Shown piece after piece: positions 43,455-58,649 of a DNA stretch of 64,000 bases. Location: contig OX597826.1 in the NCBI GenBank assembly GCA_951406725.2, positions 41,974,001 through 42,038,000 on the forward strand. The letters run 5' to 3'. The position numbers were made by a program, and so were the translations under genes. This DNA comes from Octopus vulgaris. Lineage: Eukaryota. The notes below the pieces were generated by a model. That model did not search any database. It had not been told where the DNA came from and worked only from the letters and a program-made list of their open reading frames with translations. Positions within the stretch are counted from its first letter, which is position 1. Every line of letters begins with the position of its first letter.

Positions 43455-43671
43455 TACATATATGTGTATATTTGTATGCATGTGATCCGTACTCAAACAC
43501 TCACACACACACACACACACACACAAATCGATTATAATTGAAAATGCTCAGAAAAGACAACCTGATATTTGTTGGAGATAATGTCAATAAAAGGTCCGTC
43601 TAAATACACTACTTCATGGTTTTAAGATAATTTTCTGTTCTTTTGTCCTCTTGTGTGTGTGTGTATGTGTA

Positions 43672-43704
<33 letters not shown>

Positions 43705-43720
43705 AAGAAAGAGAGATATT

Positions 43721-43836
43721 GCGTGCGTGTGTGTGTAAGAGCGTGCGTGTGTGTGTAAGAGCGTGCGTGTGTGTGTAAGAGCGTGCGTATGTGTGTAAGA
43801 GCGTGCGTGTGTGTGTAAGAGCGTGCGTGTGTGTGT
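43721..43836. repeat. 20-bp minisatellite gcgtgcgtgtgtgtgtaaga, ~5.8 copies
   Basis: Read directly. Confidence 0.95.
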
Positions 43837-45119
43837 GGGTGTATCTTTTGTTATCACAGTTTGTTGAATATGTTTATTGTTCTGCGCTAGTTAGAATAAC
43901 AAACCAATAACTCTGAGATTAACAGGCGGTTCATCGATCAGTCAGTGCTACGTAGTTCCTCGTTCAGTTCTTTGTGAGCAGATTGAAGTTATTGTTTGCT
44001 GATGAACTAAAGAAGACGACTTTGAACATTTTTGGCAGGACCTGGCACTTAATTAATATCTATGGAGTATTTATGTTTTATTTATTAATTAGTATGGGTC
44101 TAAGGCAGCGAACTGACAGAATCGTTAGCTCTGAGTTCAAATTCTGCTGTAGTCGACTTAGTCTTTCAACCCTTCGGGGACGATAAATTAAGTACAAGTG
44201 AAACACTGGTGTTAATGTAATCGACTAATCCAATCCCCCCAAATTTCAGGCCTTGTGCCTTTAGTAAAAAGGATTAATTACTATGGTTCATTTATTCGTT
44301 GTATAAATATTAAAATCTGGATTCAATTTCGGTCTTTTATCAGATGTCAAAGAGCGACTGACGAAGGAGATTTTGTATACCCCAGTCCCGATTATGTAAA
44401 CCTAGCAACATTTAGTCAATTGGTTCATTGACATTACAAAGTCCGTTTACTGTGCTTTGTTATAAATCAAAAGAAATACACTGTACAAGCCCAAATATAT
44501 AACTACCTGATTGAATATAGCAAAACGTAAGAATGATCCAAAATACTCTTGGTGGAATTTAGCTTCATTCCTCTAGTCTACTGCTCCGCTATCAAATTTC
44601 CTGTCATATGTCAGAATTATCAATTTTTAAGAACAGTATTTATTTCACTTGTAGTTGAAAATATAATTACTAAGATGGTTGTAGCCCTGTTTTACTTGTA
44701 ATGTTTTAATATATCCGTCACAGAAGTCGAACACTGATGATAACTGATGGATAGAATAAAACAGTTTGTTTTTTTAAACGCTGGGGTAATTTGTCTTCAA
44801 AATATGTGAAATCAGACCAGTGTAAATTGTCAAATGATATAATACGAGCAAAACGCTCCCCGTCCAATGGACAGTGCTGAGTCGTCAAACATTTAAACCA
44901 AATTTTCTCAAAACAACTTGTCTGACTGTCCCATAGGCCTCCCCTTTGAGAAACACTGATTTAACCTAAATTTGAGACACCAGCAAAAGAAGAAATAAAG
45001 ATAGACTTTTTTCTATCCCAAAGAAAAACGATTTTATTTACACAAATATGCAACCGAAAAGTTTAAAGTACCAGTAAGTACATCGCAACAGCTGATGTAC
45101 TTGCGCGTACAAATGCACG

Positions 45120-45300
45120 TTCCCAGGGCTTTATCGATCGCATTATCACCTAGGATCGAGTTTTGTAATTTTTTCAAGACTTATACACGCCCTGATACCA
45201 TCGGTATCTACATATGAAATTTGAGCGCAATCGGATGGAGGATGCCCGAGATCCTAGAAGACACACACACAGACAGACAGAACGGATTTTATATAATAGA
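45120..45300 (-). mobile_element. Helitron-like non-autonomous element, 5' part
   Basis: Minus strand begins A|TCtattatataaaa followed by (tctg)n; 3' CTAG end not identified. Confidence 0.45.
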
Positions 45301-46401
45301 TATGGAGGTGATAAGTGGTGGTTCTATTAGCATGAAAAAGGGCTAATTAATTGTGAAGATATCAATAACATTTTTGAATCGATACACTATAAATATGTCG
45401 AAACACAACATGCACCAATCTATACCTAGATCAAGATTTGAACACACTACAGCAAAATATGTCACATATATTATTACTAATTAAACTATTCACCAGTTAC
45501 ACTTTAGCCTTTGCTACTCTTAGATGTAAATTTATGGTTAGATGAAGACAGGCATGAATGGTTAAGCACCTTAACCATTGGTACAGTTCAATGCTTGTAA
45601 CAAGAAGCGATCAACGTCTTTAGACAGGTTTTGCATAAAATAGAAAAAAGGTCTATTAACTTATTAACTATATATGTCGCAATTAATTCTTATCTAATTA
45701 CCGTATTATCAATTAATCAGAACAACTACATTAAAGATAATAGCGCAATAAGCAATAGAGTTCCTACATACTTACTTGAGACGTGAGTTCGAATGGAAAG
45801 TAAAAGTCAAGCTGCTGTTATTGCCAAAGAAAGAACTGCAGTCTGTTTCCATGACTCTTGATGCATCAGTACTAAAGTAATTAATACCAACGTAATGATT
45901 CCTGCAATAAAAAGTAATTGATAGTGAATAAATGGAAAATATTACAACTGAGAGATTTAAGCAGATATATGTAGGTGTTTTCGTGTGTGCGTGTGTTGTA
46001 TCTTGTGAAGAGGCAATTTTTTCAATGAAACCTAAACACTGGTTCAATTTCATTACTTCATTAGTGTTATAAGCCGACTATCTAATCACAAAAAATTCTT
46101 TTCGTTGAATGACCGTCTGCTCAACGAATTAATCCACATATCCATCGATCATTTGGTTTGTTAGTCCTTTCGTCACGATATGAGGTTCCATCTTTGTTCT
46201 TGGTTTGTCAAAGATGTATTCACCTTTTGGTGTCCTGTACCCATATATGCATGTATATATACATATTGATGTAGGTACGTACATATATGTATGTATATTT
46301 TTTATTTTTTCTATTTTATCTAGTTTCAGCTATATGCATATGTTTTATTTATTATTTTGTTATTATATGATGGAACGCATGCATCCATTTCTAAGTAAGT
46401 T

Positions 46402-46782
<381 letters not shown>

Positions 46783-46788
46783 CATGTG

Positions 46789-46819
<31 letters not shown>

Positions 46820-46825
46820 CACATA

Positions 46826-46858
<33 letters not shown>

Positions 46859-47872
46859 ATATATAAAATGAATCGATTACTTAAATCGGTTTCTGAAAAT
46901 TTCTTTTGCTCACGAGACATGGTTACTGTCTTTAGAATGTGATAGGTTATTACCAGGGCCGGTGCGGTGAAGTTCGAGGTCTGTGGCTTCACCATTAGCC
47001 ACAATGATATATTAAAACTTCATCATACCTTTCCCCGCTGTATCGTGCGCAGGGCCTTCTCTTGGCGTGGAGCCTAATTTCACTATTTGTGTCTAATTGG
47101 CTTAAAATCGGCTCTGGTTATTACAGACGGAATCTACATTAATTACGTTCGTCATGGTTTGTCATTCGAGACACCAAAAAGATATCAAAAAGTAAGGTTA
47201 ACTTCGTGTTGGATTTGAATTTGGAACTCTTAATAAAACTTTTAAAAAGAATTAACAAACAGCGTCGAAGTGTTATACTGTTTCGTCATACTATTGTCTC
47301 CAATCGTCTTCAAGGACTCGTACCTGGGAAAATAATATTTTAAAGTTATGTCATAAACAAATATCGTGACTGCATTCATCTTGTAAACATAAATAAAACT
47401 GTTTTTTTCTCATTGCGTATTTCTTTCTGATCTGAATACATTTTTTCTTATTCTTTGTCTGTTATTGTTGCTATTGTTATGGTTGTTATTTCTTAGCTTC
47501 AGGTCAGTTCTGATCAAGAAGAGCTGTGTATATAACCAATTCCAACCGTGACTGTCCACTTTATTCTCTTTCTCAGAGACGACTAACTTGTTCAATATAT
47601 AAATATACATACGTATGCATACATACATACGTACATACATACATACGTACGTATGTACGTATGTATGTATGTATGTATGTATGTATGTATGTATGTATGT
47701 ATGTATGTATGTATGTATGTATGTATGTATGTATGTATGTATGTATGTATGTATGTATGTATGTATGTATGTATGTATGTATGTGCCTCTGAGTCTGTAT
47801 ATATGTGTAAGTGTTAAAAGTAATAGGATTTAATTTTAGGGAAGCAAGCCTGCTGTTTCTTATTTCTTTTTT

Positions 47873-48103
47873 ATTCCTTTATTGCCCACAAGGGGCTAAA
47901 CATACAGGGGAAAAACAAGGACAGACAAAGGGATTAAGTCGATTACATCGACCCCAGTGCGTAACTAGTACTCAATTTATCGACCCTGAAAGGATGAAAG
48001 GCAAAGTCGACCTCGGTGTAATTTGAACTCAGAACGTAAAGACAGACGAAATACTGTCAAGCATTTCGCCCGACCTGCTAGCTTTTCTGCCATGTTTCCG
48101 CCT
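47873..48103 (-). mobile_element. SINE family A, monomer
   Basis: Reverse complement of family A. Confidence 0.85.
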
Positions 48104-48579
48104 TAAACAGCTTGCCTGTTGTTTCTAGCGGATTGATCGACAACTTTGCGAATTCTTCGTTGGTTCTTTCTGTTGTTTTAATATGTGATGTTACTTTTCT
48201 AAGTGGGAATTCGTGAAAAAAATATGTAAGTGCTGTGTATGTGTGAGTGCGCATGTTTATATTTGTGTGTGTGTGTATGTGTGTGTGTGTATGTGTGTGT
48301 GTGTATGTGTGTGTGTGTGTGTGTGCGTGTGTGTGCTTACGTATTTATGTAAATACTTCATTTGTATCCTTATGTAGTGAATATTTCACGCACATACGTA
48401 CACTCATACTCACACACACACACACATGCATACACAAACGCGCGTGGATGCATATATATGTACACATGCAAACGAACATATATATGTATGTATAAACATA
48501 TATATATGTATGTATGTATATAAATTTATATATGTGTGTGTGTGTGTGTGTGTGTATGTGTGTGTGTGTGTGTGTGTGC

Positions 48580-48610
<31 letters not shown>

Positions 48611-51594
48611 TACATATACGTACACAAACAGACGTGGTGAATAAATTATTTTTTCTTGTAATAGTTGCAAGATTAGTCATAGCATAAATATTTATACTGC
48701 AATTTCTATGAGAACTAATCTACGAACAATGTAACAACTTTAAATCTATTGATAGATGAAGATTATGTAATTTTTGCGGGGATTATGAGAAATTAAAATA
48801 ATGTGAGATATTCATCTTGAGTAAAGACCCTGTTTCAAGTAAGTGCCAAAGGTGATGATTTTAAAAATTATAGAATTGCAAGTATGTGCTCTTTAAATGC
48901 CTGTGAATAAGTAAAGAAATAAAAATTGAAAAATGTAAAATAATCTTAGAAAAATACTTGGTGTTTGAGATAAACTTACGAAGGGAGGCAACTGAAGTAA
49001 AATTTAAAGCATTTGTTATTTATTATTTATTTATTTATTATTCATTTTTTTAAAGGAAAAGATTAACGGTTTAAGGAATTGCTTCTAGAGATTATTCGAA
49101 TAATCACAACAAATAATATTAGTCTTTTAGAAAATATAATTTTAGAAAAATACATGGTGTAGTTTTATATCTCCAACTTAAAACGATTTTAATTGCTTCT
49201 TATAGTTCTTAGAGATTAATCAATTAATGATATGCAATGAAGCAAAAATATTCAACGAATCCTGTCCGGGGATCAACTAGTTCCTTATGATTATATTAGC
49301 ATTACTAGATTTGTTTCAAAGAGTGGCGAGAGAATATTTACAACACTATCAGCGTGTTGTGGTCCTTATTCTTGTTTCTACACGATTCAATGAATGACTT
49401 ATGAAATGCATGGTTCCAAGACCGATATGATAAATGGTTCTAATGCAGAATTCTTGTTATTAAAGAAATGAAAAGATTGTTTTTTTAGATTTCAAAGGAT
49501 GAGATATAGGAAATACTTTGACGAATTTTCAAATTAGCAAAGGCTTGCTTCTTATTCTAGTCTTTATAGTGTTAGAGTGGAAAAGCTTATTGCTTTTCCA
49601 GGAACATCAAGAACCTAAGTTAAATTATAGTTGTTTTATCAGAAAATGGAAGCCTCATCGGAAGCTTCATTCCAACTGAGGTTCAAATGTTGTACAAATA
49701 CCTTTGTAGGTATATCTTATCAATGTTCAATGTCTTTCCCTATATGAAAATAAGACATAGGATTATGCTTAATTTGCTTAGTGACATGGTGGTCAAAATC
49801 ACAATAGCCCATTTCCATGGTAATAAAAGTCTCTGTACCTTATTTCCATAAAACCAGTGCCACGTGGTAGATAAGACATAACTACGATTATGTAATGCTT
49901 ATCTCCATGGTTCTTGCGAGGCAATTCCATTGAAAATTTTTGCCAGGAAGACCGAAATCCATTGGGTTGTGTCGGTGTACGGGCAATTTAACTTTTGTCC
50001 TTTAATATCGCTTCTCGAACATTCAACCTAAATACGGATTTCCTTTGGAGGTAGCTAATCCAAAATCGCCCAATATCCATGTCATATACTGCACTCGCAT
50101 AGCGTCACCGAAATCAAATCAAGAGAAAACTGCTTACGGTTTCTGTACCTGTTAAATATTGCAGCCAAATTACCCTCCAAATACACCTGCAACTATACCG
50201 GCCACCATTTTCTTAGATTTGGTTGGTCATGTCGCTCTCTTCTGGTACTTTTTAAAAAAGTTACATGCTTATTCTATTGTCCTTAATCTGTCAAGCCGCT
50301 AAGTTACGGGATATAATTGCAAATAAGTGCACGCGCGCACGTACCCCCGCACTTACACACACGTACACGTACATTTTTCGTCTACCGAATTCACCCACAA
50401 GGCCGCGGTCGGCGTTAGTCGACCCGATGCTATACTAAAAAGCACATGTCTCAGGTGCCACACAATGGGACCGAGCTCGAATCCAGGTGGTTGCGAGCCA
50501 TACTTAGTACGTATACATACATTCTTGTATGTATTTTATTGACTTTAGGGGTGGGATGAAATGAAACTGGGGTTTTTGAACTCGCAAGGGGAATTAAGTG
50601 GAGAAAACTAAGACGGTCAATGTCTCTGCTAAACCAGAACTCCGCTAAATTCAAAGGGCGTACTTTTTTTTTTTTTCATTTGCGATGAAAGGTGATGTAA
50701 TTTGTCCGTTGTACACAGTCGTGATTTGTATGAACAAAAATCATACAAACCTGATAGTTTCCATCTATGAGAGATTAAAGATTATGCTACTCTCATGGAG
50801 TGGAATTTAAAAGAAAAAATTAGTGTTTCATTATATGATTTTATTTATGTTTTTTTATATACTTATTTTATCCCCCCCCCCGTTCCCTCCTTTTCCTTCA
50901 TTTTGTTTGTTTATTTTCTATTTTCAATAAATGCCTCATTTTACGTTGATGTGTAGAATTGTTTGGTGAAGCGGATTAACAAAATAAATATCTACCATTC
51001 ATATATTTCTATTAACCTCTTCCACTCTTTCTTTCTCTCTTTCTCTCTTTCTTTCTTTCTTTTCTTCCAACCCCGTCCTCTTGTACTATTTTATTTTTCC
51101 TATTCTTCTTTCTCCCTTCCTTTTCATTCTATTCATTCATTCATTCATTCTTTCTTTCTTCCTTCCTTTCTTTCTTCCTTCCTTTCTTTCTTCCTTCCTT
51201 CCTTTCTTTCTTTCCTTTCTCGATAAGTAAGTTGAAGGCTATTAAGAAGAAGAAGCAAAACAAAATCCCACGATGAAGAAAGATGTTCTGTTTATAAATA
51301 ACATGGCGCATAACTGAATGCAAGGCGACAATGAGAAATGTCACTGACAATGGCCAGTGATAACAACTCTACCATACCTGCAAGCAAGACCACCACCACC
51401 ACCACCACCACCACCACCACCACCATCACCACCACCACCAGCAGCAACAGCAGCAGCAACAACAACAACAACAACAACAGGTGCTACTACAAGGTAAAGC
51501 ATTAAAAACACATTAAAACCTCCTGTTATTGTACTGACATTATTATAAAATTAATACGATGTCATAAACAACTGCACAACTCCTACTACTACTA

Positions 51595-51643
<49 letters not shown>

Positions 51644-51800
51644 TGCAGTCCTTATCACCTCTATCACCTCGCAATAGCAGCTAGGACAACAACGGATGAG
51701 TAATTACAAAACCAATTTTAATAAGATTAAAACTAACAAATGACTACTTCTACTACTACTACTATTACTTCTACTACAACAACAACAGCAATAACTACTG

Positions 51801-51833
<33 letters not shown>

Positions 51834-52145
51834 TTATTAATAATGATTATTCTGATAAAATTTGGGCGCAAAGCCTATAATTTTAGGAGAAAGGTAGTTA
51901 GTTGATTGAATACACGACCCCAGTACTTTACTGGTAATTCATTTTGCCGACCTCTGCTAGATGGAAAGTAAGGTTGATCTCAGCGAGATTCGAACTCAGA
52001 ACGTAATGAACCAGGATAAATATCACATGATAGTTTGTCCGATACTCTAACGATTCAGCCATGCACGAAAACAGTTTCTAATGTACACTCAAGGCTAGCA
52101 TTTTAGAGAGGAGAGTCTGAGTTGATTCTATCGATTTCAGTGCTT

Positions 52146-52918
52146 GAGCTAGCAGAAACGTTAGCACGCCGGGCGAAATGCTTAGCGGTATTTCGTCTGC
52201 CGTTACGTTGTGAGTTCAAATTCTGCCGAGGTCGACTTTGCCTTTCATCCTTTCGGGGTCGATAAATTAAGTACCAGTTCCGCACTGGGGCCGATGTAAT
52301 CCACTTAATACCTATGTCTGTCCTTGTTTGTTCCCTCTGTGTTTAGCCCCTTGTGGGTAGTAAAGAAATAGGTATTTCGTCTTTCGTTACGTTGTGAGAT
52401 CAAATTCCCGACTTTGCCTTTCATCCTTTCGGGGTCGATAAATTAAGTACCAGTTACGCACTGGGGTCGATGTAATCGACTTAATACCTATGTCTGTCCT
52501 TGTTTGTCCGCTCTGTGTTTAGCCCCTTGTGGGTAATAAAGAAATAGGTATTTCGTCTTTCGTTACGTTGTGAGTTCAAATTCCGCTGAGGTCGACTTTG
52601 CCTTTCATCCTTTCGTGGTCGATAAATTAAGTACCAGTTACGAACTGGGGTCGATGTAATCGACTTAATACCTATGTCTGTCCTTGTTTGTTCCCTCTGT
52701 GTTTAGCCCCTTGTGGGTAGTAAAGAAATAGGTATTTCGTCTTTCGTTACGTTGTGAGTTCAAATTGCGCTGAGGTCGACTTTGCCTTTCATTCTTTCGG
52801 GGTCGATAAATTAAGTACCAGTTACGCACTGGGGGTCGATGTAATCGACTTAATACCTATGTCCGTCCTTGTTTGTCCCTTCTGTTTAGCCCCTTGTGGG
52901 TAATAAAGAAATAGGTAT
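52146..52918 (+). mobile_element. SINE family A tetramer (one head plus four ~180-bp body units)
   Basis: Units restart at ggtatttcgtc near 52187, 52371, 52547 and 52731. Confidence 0.92.
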
Positions 52919-53130
52919 TTTATCATATCGACCTTGATCTCCCAGGATTTGAATGCAGAATGTAGGAAACCGGAAAATAACAATAATTTCGAGAGCAGCT
53001 GCAACGAAATTGATAATAAAAGAACAAACAATAAGAGAAAAAAGTAAAACAAAAACTCCAAAAAGCAACATCTAAATAAAAAGTTTAAAAAACCCCTTAA
53101 TATCGTTCGTTATCTTACGATAGCTCCCTA

Positions 53131-53391
53131 TGACGTCATCAGATTGTGTATTGACGTAGGGTGATCACTATTTCTTTTGTTGTCCAACCCATTAAGACCC
53201 CTTTTCATTGAATGCTATAAAGGAGCTGAGAAAATAATAGCTCCGGGGAGGAAGGGGTCAGGTATAAATAGAGTCAGAGTGTGGCGGGAGGAGAGGGGTT
53301 TTTTTTTTAATAAAAGGGGTTTGGCGGGAAGAGATGAAATAGTGATAAACACTTAAGTAGGTTGTTGACATGACGTATATGGACTTTACAG
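53131..53391 (+). promoter_or_regulatory. Candidate Pol II promoter and first exon
   Basis: Palindromic CRE TGACGTCA (53131), half-CRE (53152), TATAAATA (53263), two GGCGGGA motifs, donor CAG|GTGAGA at 53391. Confidence 0.35.
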
Positions 53392-54226
53392 GTGAGATGA
53401 TAGTGGAGGGATTTGTAATTGAGGACTGTGAATGGGTGTGTGTGCGTGTATGTGTGCACGTACGTGTATAAATGTGCGTATGTGTTCATGTTTGTGAGCG
53501 TGTGTGTTCATGAATTGTGTGTGGGGATACGTTGGGTGGGCGAGTACCTGTTTGTGTGTGTGTATGTGTGTTCGCGTGTGTACGTGCATATGTATGTATG
53601 CCTGTGTGAGTGTTTACGGCATAAGTGGTTGTTCTTGTATGTTGTTTAGTTTATCATTCTTGATATTGTAGATGTATAGTCAAAGACGTTCCAAACATGA
53701 TCATTTCATCTTTCTGTATATAATGGTCAATAGTTTCCTTTAAGTCTATTCAGTGTAGTTTGAAGGATTTGGTTAACTTTAGCAGGTGGCGGGACCACGT
53801 GGACACTTCCACAACTAAAAACCTTGTATTTTCTGCTGTTCTGGGTGGAAAATAATTTGTTTCTTTTCGCAGGATCAATTCCTCTACCGAGGAACCAAAT
53901 ATTGCAGACGCGATGCCACGAAACTTTTACGTACTTATGTACGTTATTATTCAGTTTTATTTCAAGATTTCTTGCCAATAGAGAAAATTTATGTATGTAT
54001 GTATGTGTGAGCGCGAGAATGATGCTTTAGAAAGAAACGGCGTAATTTTCTCACACACGCGCAGTCAAGCACACACATTCATTCATTCATTCACTCATTC
54101 AAACATACATACATACATAAATACACACACGTTAAACGTATATATGATAATAAATGCAACCACCACAAAGCAAGGTGGACAAATATCGCACACGAGTACC
54201 AAAGGTAGAATAAAATATGGCGTTCC

Positions 54227-54390
54227 CTGAAGCTGGAAAAGTTCATAAACTGGTACTCAGAGTTTCACGTAAGATATTATCGGACAGAAGTGAACATACG
54301 AGACAACATAGTGTTCCATACGTTCACTTCGATCTCGTGATCGGTAACATGAAACTTTGAGTACCTGTTTATAAAGTTATTCAGCTTCAG
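54227..54390. mobile_element. Older palindromic copy of the 17299-17516 hammerhead family
   Basis: Arms ctgaagctg...ggtactcagagtttcacgt / acatgaaactttgagtacc...cagcttcag; left flank resembles 17320-17370. Confidence 0.65.
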
Positions 54391-55144
54391 TAAAACTATA
54401 CACACACACACTCGCACACGCACACACACACACACATGATCATAATAATAGACATACATATATGTATATACGTAGGAAAAGGCCTTGGGACGAACTTGTA
54501 TATCAGTATTGTCACATGCAGATTTCTTGATAGCTTATCCATGCAGTGCCACAGTGAATTATTGGTGGCGATTTCACATTCCGATTGCCATAAGCAGCAG
54601 GACATTTGAGCAATCTGGAACCACAAACATAAATATAGAAAAAAAAACCCAAAGAAAACATGACTATTTCTTTGGAAACTAATTATAAGTAACAGCACTA
54701 ATATATATGTATATCTTTATGTATACACAAATATATATACACTCATATACTCCTCTTCTTGTTAAAATATAAACAAAATCGCAGAGTGATATTACCAGAG
54801 TTAAGTCCCTTATCCAATCTTTCTATTTAGATATCTGGTTAATTCATCATTGTTGCCATGACAGCTGTTCCTCATAGCTTTCCGATTCCATTAATGTTCT
54901 GCTTAAGATATTACTGTGAGAATCATTACGATCTATCTGCCCGTTGTTTCTTTGTTATTATTGCCATTAAGGACGTATTTTAAACAACATTTCCACGACT
55001 TTCACTAAACCAATATTGTGTATGTGTCCCCAAAGTGTTGACTGTGTCCTCGAAAATCTCAAACAAAGGTTCAAATATACGGACAAATATGCACATAGGC
55101 ACAGGCACAAACATATATGTACGTGTATGTGCATGTATACGTGC

Positions 55145-55233
<89 letters not shown>

Positions 55234-55403
55234 ACAGCTTCCTCTTTAGATATATTTTAAAGGCAGAGGCAAATTGTTGATGAACTTCGAAACTTTATTG
55301 ATTTAAACGAACGGTATGGAACTCATACAAAAATATGAAAACAAATATATATATATATATTCATTCATTCATACATACATACGTACACACACACATATAT
55401 ACA

Positions 55404-55455
<52 letters not shown>

Positions 55456-55470
55456 CATGCATACACACAC

Positions 55471-55551
<81 letters not shown>

Positions 55552-56224
55552 GTATACACACACACACACACAGGAATATATATTTATAAATGCATTTTTT
55601 GCATACACACACATATATATATGAATACATGAATATATATATATATATACAGGCGCACGCACATATATTTACATATAACACATATACTCATATACACACA
55701 ATACCAACACACTAATATACATACACAAATGTATACTTCTACATATATACATACACATATATACGCACATATAAACACACATTGCATGCAAACATAAGTT
55801 AAAGTTTACTCGTGATCCAGCATTCATTAACTCTCGATCGTAATCACTTGCACCATTGATTACTACGGCTTAGAGAATCTAGGATAGCTGGTTTACTGCC
55901 CAGCCATTCATAGTGTCCAGCCATCCAGAGTATCTTGGAGAGTTGAACTAAATATAAGCGGACAAGTAAACGGGTATTCAGTTATAATATACCATTTTGT
56001 ATGACAATGAATACTTTTGGAGACTCACAGATTTCTAAGATATGTTGACTGTGTCCTCAAAAATCTCAAACAGTTTGAAGTGAAGAGCAGCTATAGAGAA
56101 ACACAATCGATAAAAAAGAAAATGAAGTAAAGATTTTGAATATCAATGGCGCTACTTGAGTATATCCGCAGATAGTGGTTGAAACCAGTAAAAGTCTGAA
56201 GATACTCAAAAAGGCTTATGAATT

Positions 56225-56323
<99 letters not shown>

Positions 56324-56514
56324 AGTGTGAGTGTGTATGTGTGTGTGAGTGTGTGCCAATCTATCTTTCTATCTGTCTGTCTGTCTGCCTGCCTGTCTAT
56401 CGGTCTGTATGTATGTATGTATGTATGTATGTATGTATGTACATATATGCTTTTGATGATAGCACTGGCGGGAAACTCGAGTTACAAGTCACACTTGCAG
56501 CATCAATTTTCATT

Positions 56515-56591
<77 letters not shown>

Positions 56592-57523
56592 AAACACACG
56601 TGCACGCTCATATCTATAAATAGATATTTCACAACAGATATATTTACAAACACACACACACACCTGTCTACTTATGTACATGCTTATCAACATACATACA
56701 TTCATACGTACGTATGTATGTACGTTCGTACCTACATACATACAACAACATATTAAATCCTGCACGCACACACACAAGCGCCAAAGAGAAATATACTCAT
56801 CATCCCCCTTTCATAAGCACAAAAGCAGGTCTGATATAAAAATACAAACACAAATTTAGAATCCATTTTCTTTCTCTCTCTTTCTCTCTATGTTGATTTA
56901 TGTCTCATTAAGAGCCAAGTCTTAATAAAGATTCGGGAACTCATTATTTCATTGAGGATTACTTTTGGTCATAGAGAAAACACCAACCACCCTGCGGCGA
57001 GGTTAGAAGTCTTAAGAGTGCGCTTCGTTGTAATTCCCACGGCCAAGCATGAGAAACAGTCTCTATTTTTAGAACTTGCAGCCTTCCTTTTGTTGATCTA
57101 GTTCAAAGGCAAATCGCAATTTCCCTGGTTGTTGATATTACATACACACACACACACACACACACGCACGCACGCACGCACACACACATACACACACACA
57201 GATACGCACACATACGCACACGCACGCACGCATGCACACACACAGACTCACAGATGCATCTATATGTTTGTGTACATATGTATGTATATGTATGTATGTA
57301 TGTATGTAGGTATGCATGTATGCGTGTATGTATGTGTGTATGTGCATCTGTGTTTGCATGCATATTTGTATGTGTGCGTGTGTGTAGGTGTGTATGTGTG
57401 TGTGTGTGTGTGTAACCGCTTGTTTCTTGTCAAGGATGTTACTTGTGGGAGATAGAGACAGAAAGAGTGACCAAGAGAGAGCGGGAAAGAGAGAGAGAAA
57501 GGGAGAGAGCGAGAAAAAGAGAG

Positions 57524-57590
<67 letters not shown>

Positions 57591-57959
57591 AACAGACTGA
57601 AAGTGAGTCGTAGTGTACGGAATGGAGAGAGCGAGAAAGGAGGGTAAAAGCTAGGGAAATTACGATAATGAAAGTAAAGAAACAAAGAGTATGTGTAGAT
57701 GTTGAGGGAAATTCTAAGTTTCTATGAAAAAAGACAAATTTGAATTTATAAATTTTAGTGAAAGATGAACAAATTAACGAAAGAGAAGCAATTGAACACA
57801 ATCCAGAAATAAAACAATTGTATTTGTTTTCCTAATTTTAGTACCAGTAATTTTTAGGGGATAGTCCAAGTCGATTAGATTGACCACTGTACTTGAGAAA
57901 TACTTTATTCTGTTGAACCCGAAAGGCTGAGAGGCAAAGTCGACCTCGGCAGGATTTGA

Positions 57960-58389
57960 GGATCTTTTCGGTTTGAACGGCAGTTTTTAACATAATTTCT
58001 AGGTAACTAAAAAATGTTAAATTTTGTATACTGGTAGAATGTGTTTATAAAACATCTTTTTCTCTTGGCTTTATTGAGACAATTCCATAGTTTGTAAGAT
58101 ATTTGGTCCTTAATTTCTTCAATTTCTGCAATTTCAACCAATCAGTGACGTCTACTAAGGTAAAAAAGAAACATTCTGTGCTGTATGAATATGTCCCTCG
58201 TTTAAGAAACAGATTGGGTTTATTTACATTTGTGAAGAAAAAAAGATACATTTCCCCCCACCCCTAACCCTAACTAACCCTAACCCTAAAACAGATTGAA
58301 ATGCAATAGATCGATACTAGGGTCATAATTATGGGTGACAATTTCATATGACACCGCTAGAAAAACTGCCGTTCAAACCGAAAATATCC
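57960..58389. mobile_element. MITE with 8-bp TSD (Merlin-like by GG termini), nested in a SINE A remnant
   Basis: ~29-bp TIRs ggatcttttcggtttgaacggcagttttt / aaaaactgccgttcaaaccgaaaatatcc; perfect TSD ggatttga (57952-57959, 58390-58397); internal (CCCTAA)n at 58262-58289. Confidence 0.88.
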
Positions 58390-58649
58390 GGATTTGAAAT
58401 CAAGACGTAAAGGGCCGGAGCAAATACTGCTAAGCTTTTTTCCGGTAAGCTAAGAATTCTGTCAACTTGTTGCTTTAATGTAACGTTAATAATAATCCTT
58501 TCTGTTAAAGGCACGAGACCAGGAATATTCGATGGAGTAGCCGATTACATTAACCTCAGGGCTCATCTGGTAATGACGACCTCGGCCGAAAATCCTAAAA
58601 ATAGGAGTTACCTGAAACGATGCAACTAAGCATCCCTCATGTAATAATG

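Noticed and set aside
48780-50070. Possible Gypsy integrase-like remnant on the minus strand (WQKFSMELP...HYIIVVM); also a possible RTE remnant at 4850-5950
   Set aside because: Too decayed to support without a profile search.
52146-52918. Regularly spaced repeats as a CRISPR-like array
   Set aside because: Whole ~180-bp SINE units repeat; no unique spacers and no cas genes; eukaryotic context.
58262-58289. Telomere
   Set aside because: Only about four CCCTAA units, internal to a MITE.
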